The notes: generated by a model from the sequence alone, not told the origin. A stretch of DNA of 64,000 nucleotides from a virus (IMGVR_UViG_3300028832_000003:1-64000); one strand, 5' to 3'; positions 1-8,965 are shown, numbered from the stretch's first letter. Translations and numbers: made by a program.

Positions 1-306
1 GTCAGAAGATCGGCAATTACACCTATGCAGAACTTGAGGGAAATAAGTCCACTAAGGACAAGAACCTCATCATCAAGAAGATTAATCATCTTGTAACGAT
101 GATGAAGAACTACTTTGAGATTAGCGATGACAGTGCTGCATAAGCACTGTTCCTCTAAAAGGAGATAATGAAATGGAACTTCTATATTATATATTCGGAA
201 TGTTTATGTTGGCAACCGGAGTCTATGCAACAACTGTAATTGATTCCGACGCTCCTAAAAAAGAAAAGATAGTCGTGTGGGCTATTGTGATTGTTGAACT
301 GATTAT

Positions 307-546
307 TTGTATTTGTTTGTTACTGAATTTATCGTAAGAAAGGGAAATGAGATGGCATTAAGTTTGTTTTGTAAACATGATAACTATGAGGTTATCACCT
401 GGAAGTATGTGAACATCGGAAAGTACGACCAGTATATTGAAGCACGGGTTAAGTGTGATAATTGTGGGAAGATTGTCACAAAGAAAATCGAAGGTGAGAG
501 AGCTGCGGTGTTTGCGGTAATCTATGATGACAAATTTGGACAATAG
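307..546 (+). CDS. hypothetical small protein with two CxxC pairs (zinc-ribbon-like)
   Basis: ORF track; CKHD...CDNCGK cysteine pairs; one of a tightly packed run of small early ORFs. Confidence 0.45.
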   Translation: MYLFVTEFIVRKGNEMALSLFCKHDNYEVITWKYVNIGKYDQYIEARVKCDNCGKIVTKKIEGERAAVFAVIYDDKFGQ

Positions 547-561
547 AAGGGAGATTTTAAA

Positions 562-711
562 ATGGGAACTGCAATTGCGTTTTTTGCTGGGTTATTTATT
601 GGTGGCATTATTGGAATGATTGCGACTGCTCTTTGTGCCGCATCCGGAATGCACAGAGAAGAAGACGAGGTTGGAATTAATGAGATGGCAAGAGATGTCA
701 AAAATAAATAA
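562..711 (+). CDS. small hydrophobic membrane peptide (~49 aa)
   Basis: ATG preceded by GAAGGGAG RBS; sequence MGTAIAFFAGLFIGGIIGMIATALCAASG is a single TM helix. It is not in the ORF track (<60 aa). It displaces the antisense ORF 522..716. Confidence 0.4.
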   Translation: MGTAIAFFAGLFIGGIIGMIATALCAASGMHREEDEVGINEMARDVKNK

Positions 712-889
712 GACAACTTCGGTGATATATTGTGAAAGTGAAAAAGAAAGTTATGCCGTAAAAGAGATTTATAAAAGTGGTGTACTCACAGTGTATTATC
801 TCGAAAGCAGATGGGGAGTGTTTGACATTCCAAGGGAAAGATTTTTCAAATATAGTGAGTTGCTTGACAGAGATTATAAATTGATATAA
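680..889 (+). CDS. hypothetical protein
   Basis: Internal ATG (MRWQEMSKINK...) in frame with track ORF 620..889; the upstream part overlaps the membrane peptide. Confidence 0.4.
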   Translation: MRWQEMSKINKTTSVIYCESEKESYAVKEIYKSGVLTVYYLESRWGVFDIPRERFFKYSELLDRDYKLI

Positions 890-902
890 GAAAGGATAAA
901 AA

Positions 903-1145
903 ATGACAGTATTAGAAGCGATTGACAGAATACAAAAAATACTTGATTATATGGAATCCCTTAATGCTGATGAAGAAGAATTTAAAGACATTGAGGCATT
1001 AAGAATGGCAATCAAAGCATTGCAGACGGAGCAGAATGCATATAAGGAAGGTTATGACGCTTGTAAGCGCATCATGGCAAGGGAGAAGAACTTTAACCAT
1101 TACTGTCCTAATTGCGGTAAGAAGATGGCAGAAAGTGAGGAATAA
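903..1145 (+). CDS. hypothetical protein with C-terminal CPNCG zinc-ribbon motif
   Basis: ORF track; RBS AAAGGATAAAAAATG; ends in the conserved AESEE junction repeat. Confidence 0.5.
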   Translation: MTVLEAIDRIQKILDYMESLNADEEEFKDIEALRMAIKALQTEQNAYKEGYDACKRIMAREKNFNHYCPNCGKKMAESEE

Positions 1146-1148
1146 GGA

Positions 1149-1409
1149 ATGAAAACTTTTGAAGAGGTATTAAATGAAATGGATGATTGGGAAAAAGAAT
1201 GTTTAATGACCACATCAGAGTTTATAGATTGTATGGAATCGGGATTATTCACACCCTATGATGGAGTTGGAGACATCCACGATGGAAATGATTTCATAAC
1301 AGATGGATTTGAAGTTAGTATATTTACATTTATTGAAGATAAAATAAAAAACATGAGTGTTGAAGATTTTAAAAAGAAATACCCTTATGTAGCTTGGTAT
1401 AACAAATAA
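1149..1409 (+). CDS. hypothetical acidic protein
   Basis: ORF track; its start lies inside the junction repeat GGCAGAAAGTGAGGAATAAGGAATG. Confidence 0.5.
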   Translation: MKTFEEVLNEMDDWEKECLMTTSEFIDCMESGLFTPYDGVGDIHDGNDFITDGFEVSIFTFIEDKIKNMSVEDFKKKYPYVAWYNK

Positions 1410-1430
1410 GGCAGAAAGTGAGGATAAGGA

Positions 1431-1718
1431 ATGACTAACTTAGAAAAACTTAAAGAAATTATTAAAGAGACTTTTGGATGTGATGGAAATTTATCTGATA
1501 TTATCCATTTAGCAAGGATTATTGGTATAGAAAACAAACAACTTTCTTGCCAAGGTTTTAGATGCCCTTATTTGGACGCTGACCAAGTTGTAAGTGGACA
1601 ATGTAAAGTTGTTGATTGTAAATATCAACATTTCTGGGAACTTGAATATGATGTGGTTAAAAACTATCCTCTTAAACAAATTTATAAAAAACTAATAGAG
1701 CAGGAGGATGGGGAATGA
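1431..1718 (+). CDS. hypothetical protein (Cys-rich)
   Basis: ORF track; preceded by the junction repeat; ATGA overlap with the next ORF. Confidence 0.5.
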   Translation: MTNLEKLKEIIKETFGCDGNLSDIIHLARIIGIENKQLSCQGFRCPYLDADQVVSGQCKVVDCKYQHFWELEYDVVKNYPLKQIYKKLIEQEDGE

Positions 1719-1891
1719 CGAGAAGTGAACAGAAGTATCAAAAAGCAATAAAGATGTTTGCAGAAGAATACCGAAAGTCTCAAGCAATGGTATTTGTGCG
1801 CAAGCCGATGGCATATGCATTGTACCAAGTCTGGAAGTGGTTTGACGAGAATGAAAAGCCGAGAATTACAGAAAGTGAGGACGAAGAATGA
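1715..1891 (+). CDS. hypothetical 58-aa protein
   Basis: ATGA overlap with both neighbours (MTRSEQKYQKAIK...ITESEDEE). It is below the 60-aa cutoff of the ORF track. It fills an otherwise uncovered gap and ends in the junction-repeat tail. Confidence 0.35.
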   Translation: MTRSEQKYQKAIKMFAEEYRKSQAMVFVRKPMAYALYQVWKWFDENEKPRITESEDEE

Positions 1892-2136
1892 CAGTAGCAG
1901 AAGTGATTAAAATATTTAATGATTGGGATGGTTATTTTATCGGTCATGGTACAGGTGATGTAACAGAGGCTTTTGACATGGCAATTCGTTCGCTTGAGGC
2001 GTGGGAAAAGGTAAAAGAGGAAATTAAAGATAATCGTGATGATTGGATAAAAGGTCTAGACCCAGAATGGCATACATACGATAGGTGTATTGCAATCATC
2101 GACAAGCACTTAAGGGGGGTGACGAAATGCAAGTAG
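1888..2136 (+). CDS. hypothetical protein
   Basis: ORF track; ATGA coupling. Confidence 0.5.
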   Translation: MTVAEVIKIFNDWDGYFIGHGTGDVTEAFDMAIRSLEAWEKVKEEIKDNRDDWIKGLDPEWHTYDRCIAIIDKHLRGVTKCK

Positions 2137-2372
2137 TGATTGATATTGACGAGAGGGATTTTAGTCGTGTTGTAAATACGGGAAAAACTTGCGATAATTC
2201 TATTTATGTTGCTTTTAAGAATGGCATCGTTCTGCCTTCAGGGCATGGCGATTTGATTGACCGTGACAAAATAGCGTTTGATAATTGGAGCGTGGATGGT
2301 CATGTGTGTGTTAACAGGCAAGACATTTTAAATATGCCTGTGATTGTTCCGAGAGAGGGGGTGACGGAATGA
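2127..2372 (+). CDS. paralogue family 'VIDI...GHGDLIDRD' member 1
   Basis: MQVVIDIDERDF...LPSGHGDLIDRDKI; same architecture as 3218..3640 and 5577..5864. Confidence 0.5.
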   Translation: MQVVIDIDERDFSRVVNTGKTCDNSIYVAFKNGIVLPSGHGDLIDRDKIAFDNWSVDGHVCVNRQDILNMPVIVPREGVTE

Positions 2373-2677
2373 AATTCATAGCCTTAGTTGAATACGAATA
2401 CCCGGTTCTGCACAAGCCGCCCGTCAAGGCTGAGTTGGTGTTGCATGGTGACAGGGTGGAAACGGAGAATGTAAAGATTATTGCCGTGGACAGGAGCAAA
2501 TCTGGCGTATGGATAACACGCATTGATGACAAGGGGCAATTCCGAGGTTACAAGTGCTCAGAATGCGGATGCAAAAAGACAGGCGATGAGGGCGAGTGGG
2601 TCGAGTTGATTGACTACAAATATCAATATTGCCCTAATTGCGGAACATTCATGACGAATGGGGGTGATGCAGAATGA
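2369..2677 (+). CDS. hypothetical zinc-ribbon protein
   Basis: CSECGC...CPNCG motifs; ORF track. Confidence 0.5.
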   Translation: MKFIALVEYEYPVLHKPPVKAELVLHGDRVETENVKIIAVDRSKSGVWITRIDDKGQFRGYKCSECGCKKTGDEGEWVELIDYKYQYCPNCGTFMTNGGDAE

Positions 2678-2877
2678 TAGAAATAATAATGGGTATTGGT
2701 TGTATAGTTGCTGTTTTGATTCTCATGGTGCCGCCGGTTTTGTTTGGATATTTTTTGAACGAAACAATAAATGGTTGCGGTGATGAAGGAACAATGAGAT
2801 TTGTAACCACTTTGTGTGTGATCGAGTTTGTTACTTTAGCTATTGCGCTAGTATTGTATGTGAAAAATTATATATAA
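2674..2877 (+). CDS. small membrane protein
   Basis: Two hydrophobic helices (IGCIVAVLILMVPPVLFGYF ; LCVIEFVTLAIALVLYV). Confidence 0.45.
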   Translation: MIEIIMGIGCIVAVLILMVPPVLFGYFLNETINGCGDEGTMRFVTTLCVIEFVTLAIALVLYVKNYI

Positions 2878-2893
2878 AGGGAGTACCATAAAA

Positions 2894-3103
2894 ATGGCTG
2901 AATATCATGTTGGTTGTGGAATTACTGGAATTTTCGCAGGTACATTGAATAAAAACGGAGACAAGTGGATAAACAAATCTGATGTTACAGATGAAGCTTT
3001 TAGTGCCGTTGCGCAGTATTGTGTCGAGAATGACGAAGCATTGGAATTTAGTTATAACAAGAAAAGATATAGATTGTCAGTAGAGGAGATAACTGAAAGT
3101 TGA
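2894..3103 (+). CDS. hypothetical protein
   Basis: ORF track; RBS GGGAGTACCATAAAAATG. Confidence 0.45.
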   Translation: MAEYHVGCGITGIFAGTLNKNGDKWINKSDVTDEAFSAVAQYCVENDEALEFSYNKKRYRLSVEEITES

Positions 3104-3217
3104 ACTCATTGAAGAGAATGTTGAGGAAGAATAATGAAAATACAATTCAGCATGTTTAATCATAAGAAGTTTACGCAAAGATAATATTTGCGTATGTTTC
3201 AGAAAGGAGAAAAATAA

Positions 3218-3640
3218 ATGGAAATTGTAATTGATATTCCTAAATCAACTTATGAATCGATAAATAAACATGGCTCTATTCAACGCGGAGTAGAATATGA
3301 AGATGTAATTATCGGAATTCAAGATGCGATTATTCTACCATATGAGCATGGTGCTTTAATCGATCGTGACGAATTAAGAGATACTTACAGAATGCCAGAA
3401 ATCAAGACCGCAAAAGTATTAGTGCCATATAAAACACATCTTGCGTCCGACTGTCCTAATTGTGGAAGAAACATACTTGATTATGTAGACGTGAATTGGG
3501 AAAAAGAATGTGATGAATATTATAAAATAACCAACTTTCATCCTTATTTTGACGGTGAGTTTTCTGGACATGAGTGGACTGTTGAATGTATCTGCCCATA
3601 TTGTGATACGGAATTTTCATATATTAACGGAGATGTGTGA
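3218..3640 (+). CDS. paralogue family 'VIDI...GHGDLIDRD' member 2 with C-terminal zinc ribbon
   Basis: MEIVIDIPKSTYESI...LPYEHGALIDRDEL, plus CPNCG...CPYCD. Confidence 0.55.
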   Translation: MEIVIDIPKSTYESINKHGSIQRGVEYEDVIIGIQDAIILPYEHGALIDRDELRDTYRMPEIKTAKVLVPYKTHLASDCPNCGRNILDYVDVNWEKECDEYYKITNFHPYFDGEFSGHEWTVECICPYCDTEFSYINGDV

Positions 3641-3641
3641 T

Positions 3642-3941
3642 ATGAATGCAAGACAAAAATGCAAGAAACTGAAAAGTGAAATTAAAAGAATGAAAGATGG
3701 CGCACCTAGAATTATTAAAACTTATATGCCACTGCAAAAATATGTTGCGACATCTCCTATTTCCCCAGAATTAGGAGATCATGCAATTGAGTTTGCGAAA
3801 AGGTGTGTTATAAGAGAATTAATTCCAATTATAGAAGATTATGTGGAATGGGAAAATGTTGATTACATGAACAACGAGATGCTGATGGGTCGCATTATAA
3901 TGGTTGGAGAAAGGAAAACGGATTGTGAGCAAGAAATTTAG
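3642..3941 (+). CDS. hypothetical basic protein
   Basis: ATG (MNARQKCKKL...) in frame with track ORF 3549..3941. The upstream part of the track ORF overlaps the previous gene in another frame. Confidence 0.45.
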   Translation: MNARQKCKKLKSEIKRMKDGAPRIIKTYMPLQKYVATSPISPELGDHAIEFAKRCVIRELIPIIEDYVEWENVDYMNNEMLMGRIIMVGERKTDCEQEI

Positions 3942-4122
3942 AAAACCACATCCGTCACCACCTAGATGGATGTGGCTTAACGATTTAGATGACAACTGTT
4001 GGAACTGTAAGGATAAAACTGGATGCAGTTCATGTACAAAAATCAAAAGAGGACTTAAATTTCGAGATATCCTGAGTGGACATGATCAAAGAGAAATGCA
4101 GAAAGGAAATAATAATGATTAA
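3904..4122 (+). CDS. hypothetical Cys-rich protein
   Basis: ORF track only; overlaps its neighbours; the start is uncertain. Confidence 0.3.
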   Translation: MEKGKRIVSKKFRKPHPSPPRWMWLNDLDDNCWNCKDKTGCSSCTKIKRGLKFRDILSGHDQREMQKGNNND

Positions 4123-4414
4123 GATTATCAAACCTAGAGGAATGGGGAAGTCATTAGATTTAATCAAAATTGCGGAAAAATCTAATTCCTATATAATTGT
4201 TCCAACAAGAAACCACGCATTAAACCTCATGAAACTTGCGGAAAAACACGGACATAAGATTTTATTTCCTATCACATTCGATGAATACATGAGATACGGG
4301 ATGAAAGGTTCTTATGTCAAGCGTATTTTGATTGATGATGCAGATATTATATTGCAAATGCTATTCCGTGACGTTGCGGTTGACGCAATAACAATGACGG
4401 AAGAACAGGAGTAA
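4115..4414 (+). CDS. hypothetical protein (PRGMGKS P-loop-like motif)
   Basis: Internal ATG MIKIIKPRGMGKS... in frame with track ORF 4076..4414. Confidence 0.4.
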   Translation: MIKIIKPRGMGKSLDLIKIAEKSNSYIIVPTRNHALNLMKLAEKHGHKILFPITFDEYMRYGMKGSYVKRILIDDADIILQMLFRDVAVDAITMTEEQE

Positions 4415-4417
4415 AAA

Positions 4418-4618
4418 ATGACAAACAAACAAGAAAGAACTATTAAGTTTATAACAGAAATATTAGATGTTGAATACAATGGAAAAAATGATTATGATGC
4501 ATGGGCATTTATAAGAGATCATCTGAGTGATGCAAAATTTGCTCAAAGGAAAAAGTCGTGGCAGATTGATGATGATTTAGCTGACGAATATGGTTATGAT
4601 GCATCGATGTTTTGTTGA
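4418..4618 (+). CDS. hypothetical protein
   Basis: ORF track; RBS GGAGTAAAAAATG. Confidence 0.45.
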   Translation: MTNKQERTIKFITEILDVEYNGKNDYDAWAFIRDHLSDAKFAQRKKSWQIDDDLADEYGYDASMFC

Positions 4619-4672
4619 ATAAATATGAAGTCATGTATTGGGCAAGGCTTTATGACATGCCAGCGATAAAGA

Positions 4673-4954
4673 ATGATAATGGAGAATATAATTATGAAGG
4701 CTAAAGTAGAAGAAATAATTGAAGAGCTTAAAACAAGATATCTGACCATGAGTCAATGTCCTGATAAAGAAGAATTGCATAAAGCAAACGAGGCCATTGA
4801 TATTGCGATCGCAAGCATCATTACATTAAGTAAAGTTAGAAATGCATTATTAAATTGGGCAGACGAAACAGATAACTATTGGGACTGTGTTGAGTTAATC
4901 GAGCAAACAATGCAAAAGGAGTTGGAGAATATTGGTACAGTATCACATCATTAA
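4673..4954 (+). CDS. hypothetical protein
   Basis: ORF track. Confidence 0.45.
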   Translation: MIMENIIMKAKVEEIIEELKTRYLTMSQCPDKEELHKANEAIDIAIASIITLSKVRNALLNWADETDNYWDCVELIEQTMQKELENIGTVSHH

Positions 4955-5231
4955 GGAACTACAGGAAACGGTTGCAAATTACAATTCATTAAAGGCTAAA
5001 GTTTGGAAAATTGCAGAAAAATGTTCTTATGATTTTCGGGCTGGATACAATCAAAGCATTACTTTTTCAGTTGATGAAAAGAATATCAATGTATCTGATG
5101 ATTATCAAAATGGTAGTAACGGAGAACACAAATGGGAATACATAACATTTCCAATTGATTGGATTTATTTTTCTGATGATAAATTATACGAAGCAATTAA
5201 AGAGAGAAAGGATTGGGGGATAATGAAATGA
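4932..5231 (+). CDS. hypothetical protein
   Basis: ORF track; 23-nt overlap with the previous ORF. Confidence 0.4.
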   Translation: MVQYHIIKELQETVANYNSLKAKVWKIAEKCSYDFRAGYNQSITFSVDEKNINVSDDYQNGSNGEHKWEYITFPIDWIYFSDDKLYEAIKERKDWGIMK

Positions 5232-5410
5232 GTGTTTTAATTCAAGATATGATGAAGATTTTGGAGAGGATAAGAACCGAGATTGAAAATGTAACTCCAA
5301 AAGCAAAATTCCAAACAGGAAAAACAAGCGTTGATGTTCAGATGATGATACCACAAGAGAAGGTATTGCAGATTATCGACAAGTACAAGGCAGAAAGCGA
5401 GTGCGAGTAA
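5213..5410 (+). CDS. hypothetical protein
   Basis: ORF track; ends in the junction-repeat tail YKAESECE. Confidence 0.45.
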   Translation: MGDNEMSVLIQDMMKILERIRTEIENVTPKAKFQTGKTSVDVQMMIPQEKVLQIIDKYKAESECE

Positions 5411-5593
5411 ATGAAGATATGCAAAAGAATTGATGATAAATTTACTAATGCAAAAGAAACTGATTGGATCCGGAAAGGATTTACAGATGATGAAGTTGAG
5501 AAAATCTGTAATCAGGCAAGAGAGGATGCGAAAAAAGAAAGGATGTTACAGTACAAGGCAGAAGGGAGCGAAGCTGATGCAGATAGTAATTGA
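5411..5593 (+). CDS. hypothetical protein
   Basis: ORF track; ends ...YKAEGSEADADSN and overlaps the junction repeat. Confidence 0.4.
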   Translation: MKICKRIDDKFTNAKETDWIRKGFTDDEVEKICNQAREDAKKERMLQYKAEGSEADADSN

Positions 5594-5864
5594 TATTCCA
5601 GAAAAGACATATTCATATATTAAACGGGAATGGGTAGAAAATGATTTTGATTCTCCTATGAATCATGCAATGAATGGCATTAAGAACGGCACGCCACTTC
5701 CAAAGGGGCATGGCGATTTGGTTGATAGAAGCGAAACATTAAGAACAGATCGTTTTAGTGATGGACATGAAGGTTTAAGAACAATTCAGGAATATGCAGT
5801 TTATGCAAAAATACGCAGATATTTACAATCATTACCGGTAATCATTCCGGCAGACAAGGAGTGA
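5577..5864 (+). CDS. paralogue family 'VIDI...GHGDLIDRD' member 3
   Basis: MQIVIDIPEKTYSYI...LPKGHGDLVDRSETL; internal ATG in frame with track ORF 5430..5864. Confidence 0.5.
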   Translation: MQIVIDIPEKTYSYIKREWVENDFDSPMNHAMNGIKNGTPLPKGHGDLVDRSETLRTDRFSDGHEGLRTIQEYAVYAKIRRYLQSLPVIIPADKE

Positions 5865-5871
5865 GATAATA

Positions 5872-6069
5872 ATGAGATACATTAAAAAAGAAATTTCAAA
5901 GGAACTGTTTGATAAAGCAAATGAGGTTGGATATCCCGGAATGAAGGAACTTTTTGACATTCCGATTGAGTGGTGGTGCGGTTACGGTTACTATGGCTGT
6001 GCAGTACACCATGACATTGACGCTGGAAAGTATTTTGTAATTCATACGATAGGAGATAGTTGCGACTGA
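5872..6069 (+). CDS. hypothetical protein
   Basis: ORF track. Confidence 0.45.
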   Translation: MRYIKKEISKELFDKANEVGYPGMKELFDIPIEWWCGYGYYGCAVHHDIDAGKYFVIHTIGDSCD

Positions 6070-6299
6070 TGGAAGATAAGATTATGAATTTTCTGGAGAA
6101 ACATGATTCGTTGATTAATAAGTTCATGATTGTGTGCTATTTTATTGTCATGTTACTTGAATTCCTGCTTAGTTTTTATGCATTAATAAATGATAAATTA
6201 GTGCATTGTGCCATTGCTTTTGTTAGTGCAATCATTTTTGCTATATGTTGTTCTATATGGGTAAAAATAGACGAAAAAGAGCCTGAAGATAGGGAGTAA
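6069..6299 (+). CDS. small membrane protein
   Basis: TGATG stop/start overlap with the previous ORF; two TM helices (FMIVCYFIVMLLEFLLSFYALI ; AIAFVSAIIFAICCSIWV). Confidence 0.45.
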   Translation: MEDKIMNFLEKHDSLINKFMIVCYFIVMLLEFLLSFYALINDKLVHCAIAFVSAIIFAICCSIWVKIDEKEPEDRE

Positions 6300-6339
6300 T
6301 TTATCAAATAAAATAGTGTTTTTATTTGGAGGAATATTA

Positions 6340-6555
6340 ATGAAATATCAAGTTTGGATGGAAGAATTTGTTGTAATGGAAGGACATGTAACGGCTGAAT
6401 ATTTAGGAGAATATGAGGCAGATTCTTTTTTAGATGCATGTCAAAAAGCTGCAGATGATCATCCTGGATATGGAAACTATAATGCAAAGCAAAATAGTAT
6501 TTGGGGTTGTCGATTGTTTGACAATGAAATAGATGCTAGAAAAGATTTTGGTTGA
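6340..6555 (+). CDS. hypothetical protein
   Basis: GGAGG RBS 8 nt upstream of ATG (MKYQVWMEEF...). Confidence 0.5.
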   Translation: MKYQVWMEEFVVMEGHVTAEYLGEYEADSFLDACQKAADDHPGYGNYNAKQNSIWGCRLFDNEIDARKDFG

Positions 6556-6613
6556 TGTTTAATAAGGATGAGAAGAATAATTAAATCAAAAATATCTTTT
6601 TATTGAAAAATAC

Positions 6614-6648
6614 ATCCACGTTGGATTCCAACGTGGATTTTTTATTTT
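6614..6648 (+). terminator. rho-independent terminator
   Basis: Perfect 11-bp inverted repeat ATCCACGTTGG/CCAACGTGGAT with a 3-nt loop, followed by TTTTTATTTT. Confidence 0.7.
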
Positions 6649-6729
6649 AAAAATTTCAAAACGGAGAATTATTCATTAGGCATTTTGTTCTAACACAAAT
6701 ATAACAAATGAAAGGAAAGATATTGTCTA

Positions 6730-8406
6730 ATGAATAATTCTAAAAAAGAGAAACTGACTCTGATCGAATTATTTTCCGGGATGGGTGCGCAAGCAAAAGC
6801 ATTTGAACGGTTAGATTGTTTTGAGACGGAAGTCGTTGCAACATCTGACCTTGATAAGGAAGTGGTTTGTAATTACGCTGCAATTCATTGCGGATTAACT
6901 AACGAAATGATTAACAGTTATCCTTATCCTTCTAAAGAAGAAATGATTAAGGAATTGTCAGACAAGAACCTTGGTTATGACTTTGAGAAAGATAAGCCTT
7001 ATAACTGGGAGAAGCTTGCTAAGAAAAAAGATAAGACTAAGGGAATTGAAAAGTATTGGCTGGCTGATAAGTTAAGCAAGAACTTTGGTGACATTACAAA
7101 AATCAAGAGTCTCCCGGAAACCAACATGTTATTTTACAGTTTTCCCTGTACGGACATATCTGTGGCTGGTAAACAAAAAGGAGTAACATGGACTTGTTCT
7201 GATTGCGGTGCGAAATACAACCCAATGAATTATGAAACGGAAGACAGATATACATGTCCATGCTGTAGAAGTCACAACATTAAGTCCACCAGATCAGGGT
7301 TGTTGTTTGAGGTCGAGAGACTTCTTGTTGATTATCAGAACAGAAATCTATTGCCGGAATATTTGGTACTTGAGAACGTGGCAAATCTTGTGTCAAAGAA
7401 GTTCATTGACAGTTTTAATGACTGGGTTCAGAGACTTGACAACTTCGGATATAACACCTATTGGGCTTTAATTAATGCAAAGGACTGCGGAGTTCCTCAG
7501 TCTAGAAACAGATGTTTTGCAGTGTCAATTAGAAAAGACATTGATACTGGATGGTTTGAATTTCCAAAACCGTTTGATCTTGGTATCAGACTTAAGGATG
7601 TTCTTGAGGACGATCAGGAAGTGATTGCAAAATATTTTCTGTCTGACGAAATTCAGGCGAGATTGCAGATTACTAATAAGAATTTTGACACGAACGTGAT
7701 TGGTACGACTAAACCTGATTACAGGAAAATTGGTGAGTCCGATGTCGTTTATAACAAAGACGGAATTGTCGGAACGCTCTTAGCAAGGGATTATAAACAA
7801 CCGAAACAGATTTTTGTTGGTGAAAACAAGCCAATTCAGTCTGCGACAATGATGGGAAAATACGAGAAGATGATGGATATTTCTCGTAGAGTATATGATG
7901 AAAATGGTATTTCTCCAACATTACATTGTCTTAATGGTGGCAATCAAGAGACTAAAATCAGCAGAAACAACCTCAAAGTTGTAAGAAAACTTACTCCAAA
8001 GGAAGTATTCAGACTCCAGTCATTTGATGACGTTGATTATGAACGCTGCAAAGCATTGGGCATGTCAGATTCTCAGGCTTATAAGGCAACCGGGAACAGT
8101 ATTTGCGTTAAGTGTTTGGAACTAGTATTCCAACACTTATATAAGGCTCAGTATGACAGTGATTATAAGTGCTTTGACGAAGAATTTTTGAAATATAAAA
8201 ACGAAATGGAACATGCCCCTAGCTATTTAAATACAGTAGGAGATATTTACATTGCTGCGAGTCGTGGTCGCATGAATGAGAACGGAGTTTACGATCAGCA
8301 TTTAGAGATTAGGAGTAACGAGTATTCAAATACTCATACAACCGTTCCGACGGATAATCTTGTAGTTGAGGTAGATTCTGGAAATTTTATGAATCCACCT
8401 GCGTAG
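6730..8406 (+). CDS. dcm: DNA (cytosine-5)-methyltransferase with an inserted zinc ribbon and a C-terminal extension
   Basis: Motif I FSGMGAQ, motif IV FPCTDIS, motif VI ENV, motif VIII QSRNR, motif X TGNSICV. A CxxC...CPCC insertion lies between motifs IV and VI. About 100 aa follow motif X. Confidence 0.85.
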   Translation: MNNSKKEKLTLIELFSGMGAQAKAFERLDCFETEVVATSDLDKEVVCNYAAIHCGLTNEMINSYPYPSKEEMIKELSDKNLGYDFEKDKPYNWEKLAKKKDKTKGIEKYWLADKLSKNFGDITKIKSLPETNMLFYSFPCTDISVAGKQKGVTWTCSDCGAKYNPMNYETEDRYTCPCCRSHNIKSTRSGLLFEVERLLVDYQNRNLLPEYLVLENVANLVSKKFIDSFNDWVQRLDNFGYNTYWALINAKDCGVPQSRNRCFAVSIRKDIDTGWFEFPKPFDLGIRLKDVLEDDQEVIAKYFLSDEIQARLQITNKNFDTNVIGTTKPDYRKIGESDVVYNKDGIVGTLLARDYKQPKQIFVGENKPIQSATMMGKYEKMMDISRRVYDENGISPTLHCLNGGNQETKISRNNLKVVRKLTPKEVFRLQSFDDVDYERCKALGMSDSQAYKATGNSICVKCLELVFQHLYKAQYDSDYKCFDEEFLKYKNEMEHAPSYLNTVGDIYIAASRGRMNENGVYDQHLEIRSNEYSNTHTTVPTDNLVVEVDSGNFMNPPA

Positions 8407-8429
8407 AAAACTCAGGTGGTTACACAGAT

Positions 8430-8639
8430 TTGGAGAATATTATATTACCAGATGCACCGTATCTGAAGAAACAATATTACAAATTCTACGAAAAACATGG
8501 ATACATGCCGAAGTTCTTCCAACCTTACAACTGTGCAGAGGTTAAGGATTATGCACACACTCTGACGATTTCAAGTGGAAGTACGACGGGATGTGGTCAG
8601 TGTTTGATAGTAGAAGAAATTCAATTAAAAGGAGAATAA
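8430..8639 (+). CDS. doubtful ORF
   Basis: ORF track only; no RBS; it overlaps a GAGAAT(A)TTATAT promoter-like motif at ~8433. Confidence 0.2.
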   Translation: MENIILPDAPYLKKQYYKFYEKHGYMPKFFQPYNCAEVKDYAHTLTISSGSTTGCGQCLIVEEIQLKGE

Positions 8640-8644
8640 AAATT

Positions 8645-8944
8645 ATGGAAAACATTATTGCAACAACAACTGTAACTGATGGTGATGTAGTAACGATTGA
8701 GGCCCCTAAGAAGACCGAAGGTGATGCTACGAGTGGCTATGTATCTACCGTTAAGACTCATCCTAGAATGTATGCGGTCGCAAGGATTGATTTTGATTGT
8801 CAGTTTGATAACATCGAAATTCCTTTTGCGATTAGGAGTTCCATTCTTAGGGCTATCGAAAGTGCTGGGTATAGCGTGACGATGCTTGATAGTGACACCG
8901 CAACTATTAATGTTATCAAGAAACAGTTGCAGAAGGATGCTTAA
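8645..8944 (+). CDS. hypothetical protein
   Basis: AAAGGAGAATAAAAATTATG RBS/start in frame with track ORF 8591..8944. Confidence 0.5.
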   Translation: MENIIATTTVTDGDVVTIEAPKKTEGDATSGYVSTVKTHPRMYAVARIDFDCQFDNIEIPFAIRSSILRAIESAGYSVTMLDSDTATINVIKKQLQKDA

Positions 8945-8965
8945 TATACTGAAGGAGAAAAAAGA

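Noticed and set aside
522-716. 64-aa minus-strand ORF
   Set aside because: A plus-strand 49-aa membrane peptide with a good RBS occupies the same bases and fits the unidirectional plus-strand gene organisation.
8430-8639. 69-aa ORF downstream of dcm as a real gene
   Set aside because: It has no RBS and overlaps a promoter-like GAGAAT(A)TTATAT motif. It is retained only as a low-confidence feature.
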